Of a stretch of 64,000 nt of DNA, positions 33,335-45,262 are shown one piece after another. The first letter of the stretch is position 1, and each line of letters starts with the position of its first letter. The stretch lies in assembly GCF_009914755.1 (NCBI RefSeq), contig NC_060935.1. One strand, 5' to 3'. This stretch comes from the human T2T-CHM13v2.0 reference genome, Homo sapiens. A model generated the notes under the pieces. That model did no database searches. It was not told the DNA's origin and saw only the letters and a program-made list of their open reading frames with translations. The position numbers were made by a program, and so were the translations under genes.

Positions 33335-34032
33335 TAATTGTTTCTTCTTTAAGCTTTCTATTTCCTTGAGTATTTCCCCCTTTACTTCTTGTATCATTTT
33401 TTGTATTTCTTTGGATTGGGCTACACTTTTCTCTAGTCTGTCCCTGATTATCTTAATAACTAACCTCCTGGATTCTTTTTCAGGTAAATCAGGGATTTCT
33501 TCTTGGTTTGGATCCATTGCTGGTGAACTAGTGTGATTGTTGTGGGGTGTTGATGAGCCTTGTTCTGTCATATTACCAGGGTTTGTTTTCTGGTTCCTTC
33601 TCATTTGGGTAGCCTCTGTCAGAGGGAAGGTCTAGCACTGAGGCTGTTGTTCAGATTTTTTTTGTTCCATGGGGTGTTCTCTTGATGTAGTACTTTCCCC
33701 CTTTTCCTGTGGATGTAGCTTCCTGTGAGCTGAACTGCAGTGATTGTTGTCTCTCTTCTGGGTCTAGCCACCCAGTGAGTCTACCCAGCTCCAGTCTGGT
33801 ACTGCATGTTGTCTGCACAGAGTCCTGTGATGTGAAGTGTCTATGGGCCTCTCAGCCATGAATACCAGTGCCTCTTCCAATGGAGGTGGTGGAGAGTGCG
33901 ATGGACTCCATGAGGTCCTTAGCTTTGGTGGTTTAATGCTCTGTTTTTGTGCTGGTTGGCCTCCTGCCAGAAGGTGGCACTTCCCAGAAAGCATCAGCTG
34001 TAGTAGTGTGGCAAGGGACTGGCAGTGGGTGG

Positions 34033-34650
34033 TGTTGGGAAAAGCTGAGGCAGGGCTTGTATGTCTGACATAATGTAAAAGAGTCTTGGAACATGTCCTG
34101 GGCCCAGGATCTAAAACCCCTCGTGGCCTTTGGAACATCAGGCTCTGTGCTAAAGGGTGGAAGGCTGCCCTGCCGTACCAAAATCTAAGCCCAGGGCATA
34201 AAACCCCTCGTAGCTTGGATGGAATCCAGGGCTCAGAGCATGAAAGCCCTCGTGGCCTCTGGAATGTGTCTAGGCTTGCTGGCTCCTTGCTTCTAGCAAT
34301 CCCAGGCTCATGGATGGATTGTATCTCAAACTAGAAGGACAAGTTCCCCATTATCTCAAGTAGCAGAACATGTTCCATATGCTTCAAAGGGAATGCTAAA
34401 CCGTCACAGCTATAGCTCATACGCTTGACGCACCGCTACCTTTCAACCCCCACATCTTCACCACCTGCTTCTTTGTTTGATCACCAATAAATAGTGTGTG
34501 CTTCCAGAGCTCGGGGACTTCACAGCCTCCATAGTAGCGTTCACTCCCTGGAGCCACTTTATGTACTCTTAACTTGTCTTGTCTCATTCCTTTGACTATG
34601 CCAGACTTTGTAGCCCCCACGGCCTGGTGTTGGGTCTGGCTGCCCCAACA
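34033..34650 (+). mobile_element. LTR14B-like solo LTR (HERV-K14/HML-1) inside the L1 5' UTR
   Basis: TGTTGGGAAAAGCTGAGGCAGGGCTTG...CCCCAACA termini, AATAAA near 34486, 5-bp TSD GGTGG. Confidence 0.85.
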
Positions 34651-35533
34651 GGTGGGGTGCTAGAACTCCCAAGTTTGTATGCCTTTGTCTTCCCCTACCA
34701 GGGTGGGTAGGGAGGAACCAACAGGTGCGGGTGGGTCTAGGTGTGTCTGAGCTCAGACTCTCCTTGGGTGGGTCTTGCTACGGCTGCTGTGCGGGATAGG
34801 GGTGAGATTCCCATGTCACTGGAGTTGTGTACCTAGGAGGATTATGGCTGTCTCTGCTGAGTCACGCAGGTTGTCAGGGAAGTGGGGGAAAGCCAGCAGT
34901 CACAGGCCTCACCCAGCTCCCATGCAAATTGAAGGGCTGGTCTCCCACTTCAAACAGCCCTGAGTCTGTTTGCAGGCAGAGGGCAAGATGGGCTTGAAAA
35001 CTTGCCCAAGGCTTTCTGACTCCCAGCTTCAGCTTCTTCAGTAGGGGTGTGTGTTCCGGAGAGGAGGGTCTCCCTTTCCCACTTCCACGGTTGGGGCACT
35101 CAGTATTTGGGGTGTCTCCTGGGTACTGCAGGAGCAGTCTGCTTCCTTCAGAGGGTCTGTGGGTTCTCTCAGAATTGCTGGTTTGTTCATGCAGTCGATT
35201 TAAAGCTGTGCCACAGAAGGACTCCCCAGCGCCTATTCCCTGAATCATCCTCCTCTTCCTTTCCTCTTTCTCTCTCTCTCTTCCTCAGTCTGCTGGGCAC
35301 TCACAGCACTGGTTTTTTTTTGTTGTTGTTTTGTTTTTATGTTTTGACTTTTGTAATAACACTTAGCTTAAAACATCAACGCATTGTGTAACTGTCTAAC
35401 AATCCTTTATTTCTTTATATTCTCAATCTAAAACCATTTTTATTTTTATTTTTTCATTTTTTACTTTTAAAACTTTTGTTAAAAACGAAGAAACAAACTT
35501 AAACATTAGCCTAGACCTATACAGGGTCAGGAT

Positions 35534-38500
35534 TGTTGGAGGCTGAAGTAATGAGGGTAGTGATCAACTCAGTATACCACTGGAGGCCATACGAGTAAGC
35601 AGCAAACTGTTTTTCATAAAAGCAGAATGTTGGCAAACTGACAAACTGTATGCCACCCAGAAGGACTGCTGAGGGCAGTCATGATCCAGGCTCAAATGTT
35701 TCTTATGATTAGGCATAACTGAAGCCTGTCAGTAACAATATGAACCTGTGATCAGTTAAGCAGCTGACCGATCATTACCTCCTCCTCACTGCCCTTGTTA
35801 CCCAATAAATACGAAGGGCTATAGAAGTTGGTGGGCTGCCTTTGCTCACTAGAAGCGGGGAGCTCTCTTCTTCTTCCCCTGTCCCTTTCCTTAAAACGGT
35901 TTCTTTTTTTTTTTGTTACCATTTCTACGTTCATCCCTTCATTCGGTTTCGAGTAGTAACTGCTGTAAAGATGGTTTCAAGTAGTAGCAGTGATAGTCAG
36001 CCACTGAAGGGACTATCAAGGAGAAAAAGAGACCTAGAGACCTGAAGGGGCCTGAAGAGGCCTGCAGGGACAAGTAGAGATAAGTAGAAATAAGTAAATA
36101 GAGATAAGTAAATTAAGTAGAGATAAGTAGAGAAAAGTAAGTAGAGATAGGTAGGGGAAGACAGGAACTTGCAGGAACTAACAGGTACCATAGGGACAGA
36201 TAGGGATAGATAAAGGCTAGCAATATAAGGTCAGTGCCCTAAAGAGGTACAAAAGTAGAAGCTAGAAGAGGCCAGCAAAAACTCTCAGGGACAGATGGGG
36301 TCCTATAGGGACTTGAACAAGGAAGTTCTGCTGCAACAGAAACTAAAACCAACCAGACAAATGAGAAACCCTGTTAACAAGTCTGCCGGAAGCAACGTAA
36401 GATCAGTACTCTGAAAAGGTAATGGTCAGTGCCCTAGAGGTACAAAGAATGGGAAGTTTTTGAATCAGGGTAACATGGAGAAGAATTTGGTTATGTTTTT
36501 TCTCTTTTTTTTTTGTTGGGAGTTTGGTACATACCATATTATTTCAGGGTTTGAGAAAAATTTTTGCCCCACCTACAGCGCCTGTCAAAAGTGGTGAACA
36601 GGAGAGGGAGAATGAGAATTGGCTTGTACCATCTTCTGTGGCTACGGAAAGGCTAACTTTAGCTTTGGCTTTTGTGGATTGTAAACATGCATTGGCACCT
36701 GTGAGGTGTGCCGAGGACTTAGGAGGTTTTCTCGGAGCCTGTCAGGATGTGGGAACTGAGCTTCATTGCTCTGCAGTGTTGGCTCGGGCAATGGCTAATT
36801 TGGTAGCTGACAGATCTAAAGGAAGCCAAGGGTCAAGCCCTAAAGTGGGAAAGTGTTATAAGTGTAGAAAAATTGGACGTTTTGGAAAAGAACACCGCCA
36901 GACCTCTGGGCAGAAGGGATTTTATAATGCAGTTCCCCCTCAAGAGAAAAAAATGCCAGGACTTTGCCCTCGTTGTAATAAAGGAAATCATTGGGCTAAT
37001 GAATGCCGCTCAAAATTTCATCAGAACGGCACCCCGCTGTCGGGAAACAAGAAGGGGGCCTGGACCTGGACACCTCAAACTATGAGGGCATTCCCCATCC
37101 AGGCCACCACTCCGTCTCAGGGGTGGGTTTACAGAGGCACATTGATTCCCTCTCCCAGGAACACCTGGAAACAGGATTAGATCTCCTAGAGAGCAAATTA
37201 CATTAATTGAAAGAAACAAACTCACTAAGATTCCCATTGGTATTTGGGGACCTTTGCCAACAGGATACATAGGATTCATTTCGGGTAAAGGTCATGTTAA
37301 CTTAGAGGGCATTACTGTAATCCTAGGAGTTGATTTTGATTGTGAAGGAGAAATTCGGGTAGTGGTAATGTCACAAAATCCTTGGGTTTTTGAAACGGGA
37401 GAATGTATTCCTCAACTGTTGCTTATTCCCTGTAAATTGCACCTCTCTCTATGAGAGGAGAAATGAAGGAATCAGGGATTTGGAAGTACAACTACATGGG
37501 AAATTTATCTATCACGACCCATAGCATCTCACAGACCCACTTGTGCAGTGTAAATTGTAGAAAAGATTTGTGGGCTTATGGAAACGGGAGCAAGAAACTG
37601 GTTTCTCGTGGTAATAGATCTTGAGGATTGTTTACGAGAAGGATAAGCCTCCATTTGCTTTCTCTGTCCTTCTGTTAATCAGAAAGAGCCTGTTTTTCAT
37701 TATCAGTGGAAAGTTTTACCCTGCAGCAGTTAACCAAAGAGGCAGAGGCTGAGTTGCAGCTTGTAGAGCAGATGCTTCGGCAGTGGCATGCCTTGCAGCT
37801 ACAACCACAAAAACTCTGGCTTCTGTTTTGGTAGATTTACTAACATGGGGACGAGGGTATGCTTGTGTTTCTGCAGGAGATGAACAAGCCATGTGGGTGC
37901 CCTCAAGGTGTGTGCGACCATGGAACGGGAGACTGGAGGGGACCCATGGATTCCAACTACAGGCCTGGTTCCCCCAGTACGAGCCATGAGCCAGTTGAAT
38001 CTGAATGCAAAGATGGAACGAGGACCGACCAGAGTCACGCTTACATTAACCCCCATAATATAGGGACCGATCTAGAAAACCACACAAGAAGCTGAGAAAC
38101 TGCTGGAGGGCCAGGATTTCACCTTTTACTGGAACTCAGAGGTACAATTGATGCTTAATGGACGAATGCTTTCTGACTGAGCTCTCTACCCTGAATACAA
38201 GAGACCCTAATAGTTAGGCAGGAATAGTTAGGCACACCCCTATTAAGCATGAAGAAGTTGCAGAAGATGGACCTTCATCCTTCTGCAACCCTTAGGATTA
38301 AGGTCCTCTTGTAAAAAGGAAGAGGGAAATATGTAAGGAACATTCAAACCAGAGCAACTCCATTATGAATAAGGGCTAAGAAAAATGAAGCCAGATCACC
38401 AACCTGCAATTGAGGGCTGCACAGCCTGCAATTGCGTTGCTCAATTAATTTAAAAACAAAAAGCAGGAGATATAGCAGGCCGAAAGAATGAGGGTTGTGA

Positions 38501-38995
38501 TCAACTCAGTATACCACTGGAGGCTAAATGAGTGAGCAGCAAACTGTTTTTCATAAATGCAGAATGTTGACAAACTGACAAACTGTGTATGCCACCCAGA
38601 AGGGACTGCTGAGGGTAGTCACCGTCCAGGCACAAATGTTTCTTGTGATTAGGCATAATTGAAGCCTGTCAGTAACAATATGAACCTGTGATCAATTAAG
38701 CAGCTGACTAATCATTACCTCCTCCTCCCTGCTCTTGTTACCCAATAAATACGAAGGGGTGTAGAAGGTCGTGGGCTGCCTTTGCTCACTAGAAGCAGGG
38801 CGCTCTCTTGTTCCCCTGGCCCTTTCCTTAAAACAGTTTCTTTTGTTTCTGTTACTATTTTTATGTTTATCCCTTCCTTCATAATAATAGTCTCAAGTAG
38901 TAACAGTAGTAACTGCTGTAATGATGATCCCAAGCAGTAACAGTAGTGACTGCTGTAATGACAGTCTCAAGTAGTAGCAGTGGCAGTCAGCCACG
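35534..38995 (+). mobile_element. Internally deleted betaretrovirus-like provirus, LTR3/HERVK3 (HML-6)
   Basis: Two homologous LTRs (35534-~36004, ~38471-38995) with a 6-bp TSD CAGGAT. Gag Zn-knuckle CPRCNKGNHWANEC, dUTPase remnant with GFGST, GLMETG protease-like motif, VIDLEDC RT fragment, integrase C-terminus LLTWGRGYACV, and a purine tract before the 3' LTR. Confidence 0.88.
36524..37180 (+). pseudogene. Truncated HERV-K-class gag remnant (nucleocapsid region)
   Basis: 218-codon open frame starting at TTG. One intact CX2CX4HX4C knuckle and one degenerate knuckle (CYKCRKIGRFGKEH). Confidence 0.75.
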
Positions 38996-39559
38996 CAGGA
39001 TCATCAATATCACTGTCTTCCACCTCCACATTTTGTCCCTCTGTAAGATCTTCAGAGGCAGTAACATACATGGAGCTGTCATCTATGATAACATTGTCTT
39101 CTTCTGGAATGCCTCCTGAAGGACCTGCCTGAAACTTTTTTACAGTTAACTTAAAAAAAATAAATAGGAGTACATTCTACAATAGCAGTAAAAAGTATAC
39201 TATAGTAAATACATAAACCAGTTAATAGTAATTTATTATCAAGTATTATTTACTGTACATAATTGTATGTACTCTAGACTTTTATTATAGGACTGGCAGC
39301 ACAGTAGGTTTGTTTATATCAGCATCATAAGCACATGAGTAACGTGTTGTGCTATGACGTTAATAACAGCTATAACATCACTAGGTGATAGGAATTTTTC
39401 AGCTCCATTTCAATCATATATGTGGTCTGTCATATGGGCATATGGCTGTATATTACAAAGTTATAGTAGTCAAAACTGCATGGTACTAGCATAAAAACAG
39501 ACATATAGACCAATGGAACAGAAGAGAACCCATAAACAAACACATACATAAATAGTTGA

Positions 39560-39876
<317 letters not shown>

Positions 39877-40278
39877 TGACAAGGGTGCTAAGAAAACAAT
39901 GGGGAAAGGACAGCCTCCTTAATAAATGGTGCTGGGAAGACTGGATATTCTCATGCAAAAGAATGAAACTGAACCCTTATCCACCACACAAAAAGTAACA
40001 CAGAATAAAGACTTAGATGTAAGACCTAATATCATAAATCTCCTAGAAGAAAGCATAGGGAAAAGCCGTTTGACATTGGTCTTGTAAATGATTTTTGGAT
40101 ATGACACCAAAAACACAGGCAACAAAATGAAAAAAAAAGTGGGACTACATCAAACTAAAAAGCTTCTTCACATCAAAGGAAGCAGTTAACAAAATGAAAT
40201 GGCAACCTACAGAATGGGAGAAAATATTTGCAAACCGTATGTCTGATAAAGGCTTAATATCCAAAATATATAAGAAAC

Positions 40279-40565
40279 TGTCTTAGCCCCTCTGGGCTGC
40301 TATAAGGTGTCTAAGATGCCACCAGATTTGGTGTCTGGTAAGGGCTTGCGTCCTTACAGATGGCTGTCTTCTCACTGTAAACTCACATGGCAGCAGGGCA
40401 AGGGATCTCTGGGGTCTCTTTTATAAGGGCACTACTACAACTTATGACCGCTTCATCTTCATAACCTCAACACTCCCCAAAGGCCCACCTCCTAGTAACA
40501 TCACTTTGGCAGCTTAGATTTCAACATATGAATTTGGGGGAGACATAAACATTCAGTTCATTGTA
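40279..40565 (-). mobile_element. MLT1A/MST-type MaLR LTR, internally deleted
   Basis: TGTCTTAG...ACATAAACATTCAGTTCATTGTA interrupting the L1. Confidence 0.7.
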
Positions 40566-41457
40566 GAACTCGTACAATTCAATAGCAAAACAAACTAAAA
40601 GCAGCCAAATAGCCCAGGTGAGAAATGGGCAAAGGATGTGAACATTTTCCCAGAGAAGACATGCAAATGGTACAAATGGCCAACAGGTATATGAAAAGGT
40701 GCTCAGCATCATTAATCATTAGGGAAATGCAAATCAAAGCCATAGTGAGACATTACTTCACACCTATTTAGATGGCTATGATAGAATAGGTGAAAGATGA
40801 CAAGTGTTGGGGAGGGTGTGGAGAAAAGGAAGCCCTTGTATACTGTTGGTGGGAATGTTAATTAGTACAACCATTATGGAAAACAATATGGAGGTTCCTA
40901 AAAAAATTAAAAATAGAACTACAATATGATCCGGCAATCCCAATACTGGGTATTATATCCACAGGAAATGAAATCAGTATGCTGAAAAGATACTCTGTGC
41001 TTCCATGTTTATTGCAGCATATTCATAGTAACCAAGATATGGAAACCACCTAAGTGTCTGACAATGGCTATTTTTATTAGCACTCATTTTCTTGATTTTC
41101 ATAGAAAATTATTTCTTTGCAGACTCAAATTTTATCAGTTCATGCAATTCAATTAAATTATATACGTATGAGGCATACAATGGAAATGAAGTTTGGGAAC
41201 AAACATAACTGACTCTTGGGGAGTATTCCACTCAGCTAGTGGAAGCAGATGTGGAGGAGTAAACTAAAGTGAAGGCTACTAGCTATGAGTCTTCAGTATT
41301 TTATGAGAATCAGTTGGCATATTTCAGAAAGGGAATCAAGAATATTAAGTAGATGGTTAGAAAAACTACTGTATGCACATATGTATTTTCTGGGGACAGA
41401 GTCCATAGATGTCATTTAATTTTTGGAGGGATCTATGATCACTAAAATGTTAAGTAC

Positions 41458-42356
41458 TGTTAACTTAAAAATTATACAATTTATAAATTTAAGAAAGGAG
41501 AGAAGAATTTATTTCTTATAAAGTGTTGCAGCCTGCAAGGTGACCAACCCACAGGCTGGGAAGTGTGCCTCCAGCCGAGACCAGAGATAGGCACTTTGAA
41601 GAAGGAGGGGCTGGAGTAGGAGCTTTATGCTGAACAGGTTGGCTAAACATGCATGTTTTACAGGAGGAGCTATGAATATTCATGAAGCTGATCCTGACAT
41701 GCATATTGAACAAACATGCATGTAACATATGACCATGTTCACTTTAGGATGGAGAGTTAACATTTAAATATATTACAATTAGGCCCTATATGTCAAAATG
41801 TTTTTTCAGGACATGAAGGCATATAGATGTGCAACTTCTGTAAACTGATCAGAACCAGCCCATGGGTCAGTGGTATTCTTATCAGGAGAAAGTTATTAAA
41901 ACCAGTCTTTATCCAATGAAAGCCGTAGTTGTGGCTTGTGGAATAGGGGGTCAGTTAGCGTCTGGTGGAGCTGCAAATTGTTTTAATATTGCTTATCTGA
42001 AGGCCAGTGTTTGTTTAGCTGCTAGAGAAAAAGAAAAATCTTGTGACAGTTAGAACATAGTTTATTCTTTACGTGTAGGGTACATGACTTAACCCTCGCC
42101 TGGCACGACCTTAGGTCCTATTTATAATTTGGTATTGTATCGCCACAAAGAATCTGTTCTGCCAGTTTTATGATTTCTGTTTTAACATCAATGCCGGTCA
42201 GTCGTGTCTAAAAAGGGAGGGGGTATAATGAGGCCTGTCTGACCTCATCTCATCATGGCTGGGAACTAAGTTTTTAAGGCTTTTCTGGAATCCCTTTGGC
42301 CAAGAGGTGGTCTGTTCAGTCTGCTGGGGGGTTTAAGATTTTATTTGTAGTTTAAA
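41458..42356 (-). mobile_element. MER4-group solo LTR (MER49-like)
   Basis: ~900 bp. GGGAGGGGGTATAATGAGGC and TTGGCCAAGAGG motifs; TSD GTAC/GTAT. Confidence 0.7.
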
Positions 42357-42691
42357 GTATCATACTATAAATTAAAATAGAATCCATGGGGCCAGGTTAA
42401 GGAATAAACACTTTCTCTTCCTGTAATCTACTTTTGGACACTTGTGCATCCACCTTTTTCATGAAGATTCTCTTCTCCCTAAAAAATAAATTCATGCAAA
42501 CAGATGCTTGTGAGCCAGTGGCCCAACGAGTTCATCAGAAACATTCACTCTAAATAGCTTGGTGCCTAGTGTTCTTAGTACAGTCCAGTGTGATGTAATG
42601 AAGAGAGGTTGATACATTACTGATGCATTCAGTGACAACATTTCATTAAGAAGGCTGTTCTGTTTTACACATCTGAAAACCAGTTAGAAAG

Positions 42692-43121
42692 TGACATGAT
42701 TTGGATGTTTCCTCCCCTCCAAATCACGTGGTGAAATGCGACCTCCAATGTTGGAGGTGGACTGAGTGGGAGGTGTTTGGGTGTTGGGGGCAGATCCCTC
42801 ATGAATGTCCTGGTGCTGTCCTCACAGTAAAGTGAGTTCTCACTCTATGAGTTCACATGAGATCTGGCTGTTTAAAAGAGCCTGAGTTTAAAAGAGAGAG
42901 CCTCCTCCCTCTCTCTTGCTCCCTCTCTTCATGCGATAGGCCTGCTCCCCCTTTGCCTTCCACCAGGATTGTAAGCTTCCTGAGGTCCTCTCACCAGAAC
43001 CAGATACCAGCACCACACTTCCTGTACAGCCTGCAAAACTGTGAGCCAAAATAAACCTCTTTTCTTTGTAAATTACCCAGTATCAGGTATTCCTTTATAG
43101 CAATGCAAACGGACGAATGCA
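42692..43121 (+). mobile_element. MST (MaLR) solo LTR
   Basis: TGACATGATTTGGATG...ATAGCAATGCAAACGGACGAATGCA; exact TSD GAAAG. Confidence 0.88.
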
Positions 43122-43867
43122 GAAAGAAAGGGTCTTCATTTCCTAACTTCAGAAACTACAGTCTTTGTAGTTTCCTTTGTAGTACCTTTGTAAAGACAAA
43201 GGTCTTTAAACAGTTTAGTGCTTAGTGTTCTCATTAAAGTATAATGTTATATAATGAACGTGGGCTGATAAATTATTGATGCATTGAAAGGCAACATTTC
43301 ATTGAAAAAAATTCAAACTCAATCTCAGTTTAGAATCTTCCAAGTGAATGAGGACTTCTAACTCTGTTCAGGTCAAATGTAGCCCTCTCAGAGAAACTGA
43401 CTGACCATGCTGTCTGAAGTTAACAGCTTCCGTTAATTTTGATTCTCTTACCCCATTTTCTTTTTCTTCATAGCACTGTCCGACATTGTATTATATATCT
43501 ATTTATTTATTATCAGTTTTCTGTCTCCTTACTAGTGTGTAAGCTTCATTAGAGCAGACTTTGTTTTGATTATCAGTATATCTCCTGTGCATATGACAGT
43601 GCCTGACACTTATCACCATTACATAATGATTTATTGAGTAAATAAATTGAGTAATTTAATGATTAAATGGTTTGTTTCCATGTTCATGTTCCATCCAGAC
43701 ACATAGGCAGGTATTGTGGCTTATCTCTGAATTCCTTGGTACTGGCTGGTTGGTACCATAGACCCTTGCAAACAATGAATAAATAAATTACCCTGATCCA
43801 TCAGTGTGCCTGGATAGAAAAGACATGTAGGAATGCTGCACCCCAGGATGTGCTATTAATACACTTA

Positions 43868-44263
43868 TACACCACGGAATACTATGCAGCCATAAAAAAA
43901 AGAATGAGTTCATGTCTTTTGCAGGGACATGGATGAAGCCGGAAGCCATCATTCTCAGCAAAATAACACAGAACAAAAAACCAAACACCACATATTCTCA
44001 TTGAGTATGTGGGAGTTGTTCAACTGTGGGAGTTGAACAATGAGAACACATGGACACAGGGAGGGAAACATCACACACCGGGGCCTGTCAGGGGGTGGAG
44101 GGCAAGGGGAGGGAGAACATTAGGACAAATAACTAATGCATGCAGGGCTTAAAACCTAGATGACGGGTTGGAAGGTGCAGCAAGCCACCATGGCACATGT
44201 ATACCTATGTAACAAACCTGCACGTTCTGCACATGTATCCCAGAACTTAAATAATAATTAAAA
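43868..44263 (+). mobile_element. 5'-truncated L1PA 3' end
   Basis: Typical L1PA 3' UTR; TSD AATACACTTA at 43858-43867 and 44264-44273. Confidence 0.92.
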
Positions 44264-45049
44264 AATACACTTAAATTTATTTTTAAACAAGATTGTTCTC
44301 TTGAGGTTAACTTATTACTACTTTGAGTTGTCAGGAGTGATTGCAAATTTCTTGGGAATCCCTAAGTCACCAAGAATAAAGACCACTTGTAATAGCTAAG
44401 GCATATTCAACAATAAAATTCTAGAGATTCAGGATATTTGATGTTTGCTTATAACATTTCACTTTTGAGCTTTTATTCGTTTAATAAATGTTTTATCATC
44501 TATGCTCAATAACATTTTAAAGTGTCCATTCAAATCATTTCATTGGGCAAAACAATGTTCCTTCCCTAATTTCCCTCATCAGAATAGCCATTTTGTCTCT
44601 GTGCTCAGCCTATACCACCAATTACTGTTTATTTCCTGTCCTTGTAATAAGCAACATAGTTATTTATACATGCCCATTTCTCCCACAGCACATAAGCTTT
44701 TTAAGGTTGGGAACCATGTCTTTGTCATTATTGTAACATCTCTTTCCATTCCCGGTGTTCAGTACGATGTGTTAAACGAAGTAGACACTCAAAACTTTTT
44801 AAAATTTATTTTTATTTATATAATGAGTCTTTTTTAAAAAAACCACCTACACTATTTTAAATTCATTTGAACTTTGTCCAGTATCCTATGTACATTTGAA
44901 GTTTAACTACCGGAAAAGTCTTTTGAAGGCAGATCGAATCATGTTATTTTTTTCCCTTAAAAATCCCTCATTTCTGTCATGTATTCCCCATATTATTTAT
45001 GTAATAGGTAAAGTGGCCCAGTTTGCCACTTTGAAGTTGCTGAGCTGGT

Positions 45050-45262
45050 ATCACAAGTCAGTCCCCTCTGTTTTAATCTCTGTTTAAGGAAAGTCACTCT
45101 GAAACGACAGATCTTTTGGTTCCTTATTTCTGCTTTCCTCCGTCCTCTTCTGCCTGTGAAGCCACCCTCCTCTGCTCAGCTCTGTTTCAGGAAATCGGAG
45201 CTGCTCGATTCATGTGTAGCAAATCAAAGCCAATTAGATCTGCGTTAACCTTGGTTTTCAAC
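45050..45262 (+). mobile_element. ERV1 LTR remnant (MER34/MER39-like) just upstream of the SC5D promoter
   Basis: CCTCCTCTGCTCAGCTC and AAAGCCAATTAGATC motifs. Confidence 0.45.

Larger units (their letters stand above)
28066..35207 (-). mobile_element. Near full-length L1PB-type element (L1PB1-like), inactivated
   Basis: 3' UTR ATAAGTTATTGGGGTACAGGTGGTATTTGG. ORF2 fragments ([38 protein letters not shown]), ORF1 fragments (MRRNQKTNPGNM, SSPKHIVIRLSKVKMKERILRAVRQK) and 5' UTR are present, with many frameshifts. Confidence 0.92.
27507..39450. mobile_element. Tigger3-type DNA transposon in three pieces (27507-28045, 35340-35533, 38996-39450)
   Basis: Start GTCATGCATCCATAACAATGGCGATAAGTTCTGAGAAATGTGTCATTAGG. 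Pieces join colinearly once the L1PB element and the provirus are removed. TA target site. Confidence 0.8.

Noticed and set aside
28066-35207. Potentially active full-length L1
   Set aside because: ORF1 is interrupted by an Alu, the 5' UTR by an LTR, and ORF2 is broken into many short frames.
36524-37180. Domesticated gag gene
   Set aside because: TTG start, matrix/capsid largely deleted, first zinc knuckle degenerate. Nothing in the sequence indicates selection.
42586-42630. C/D-box snoRNA-like motifs (TGATG...CTGA)
   Set aside because: Box C is imperfect, spacing is too short, there is no terminal stem, and it is not intronic.
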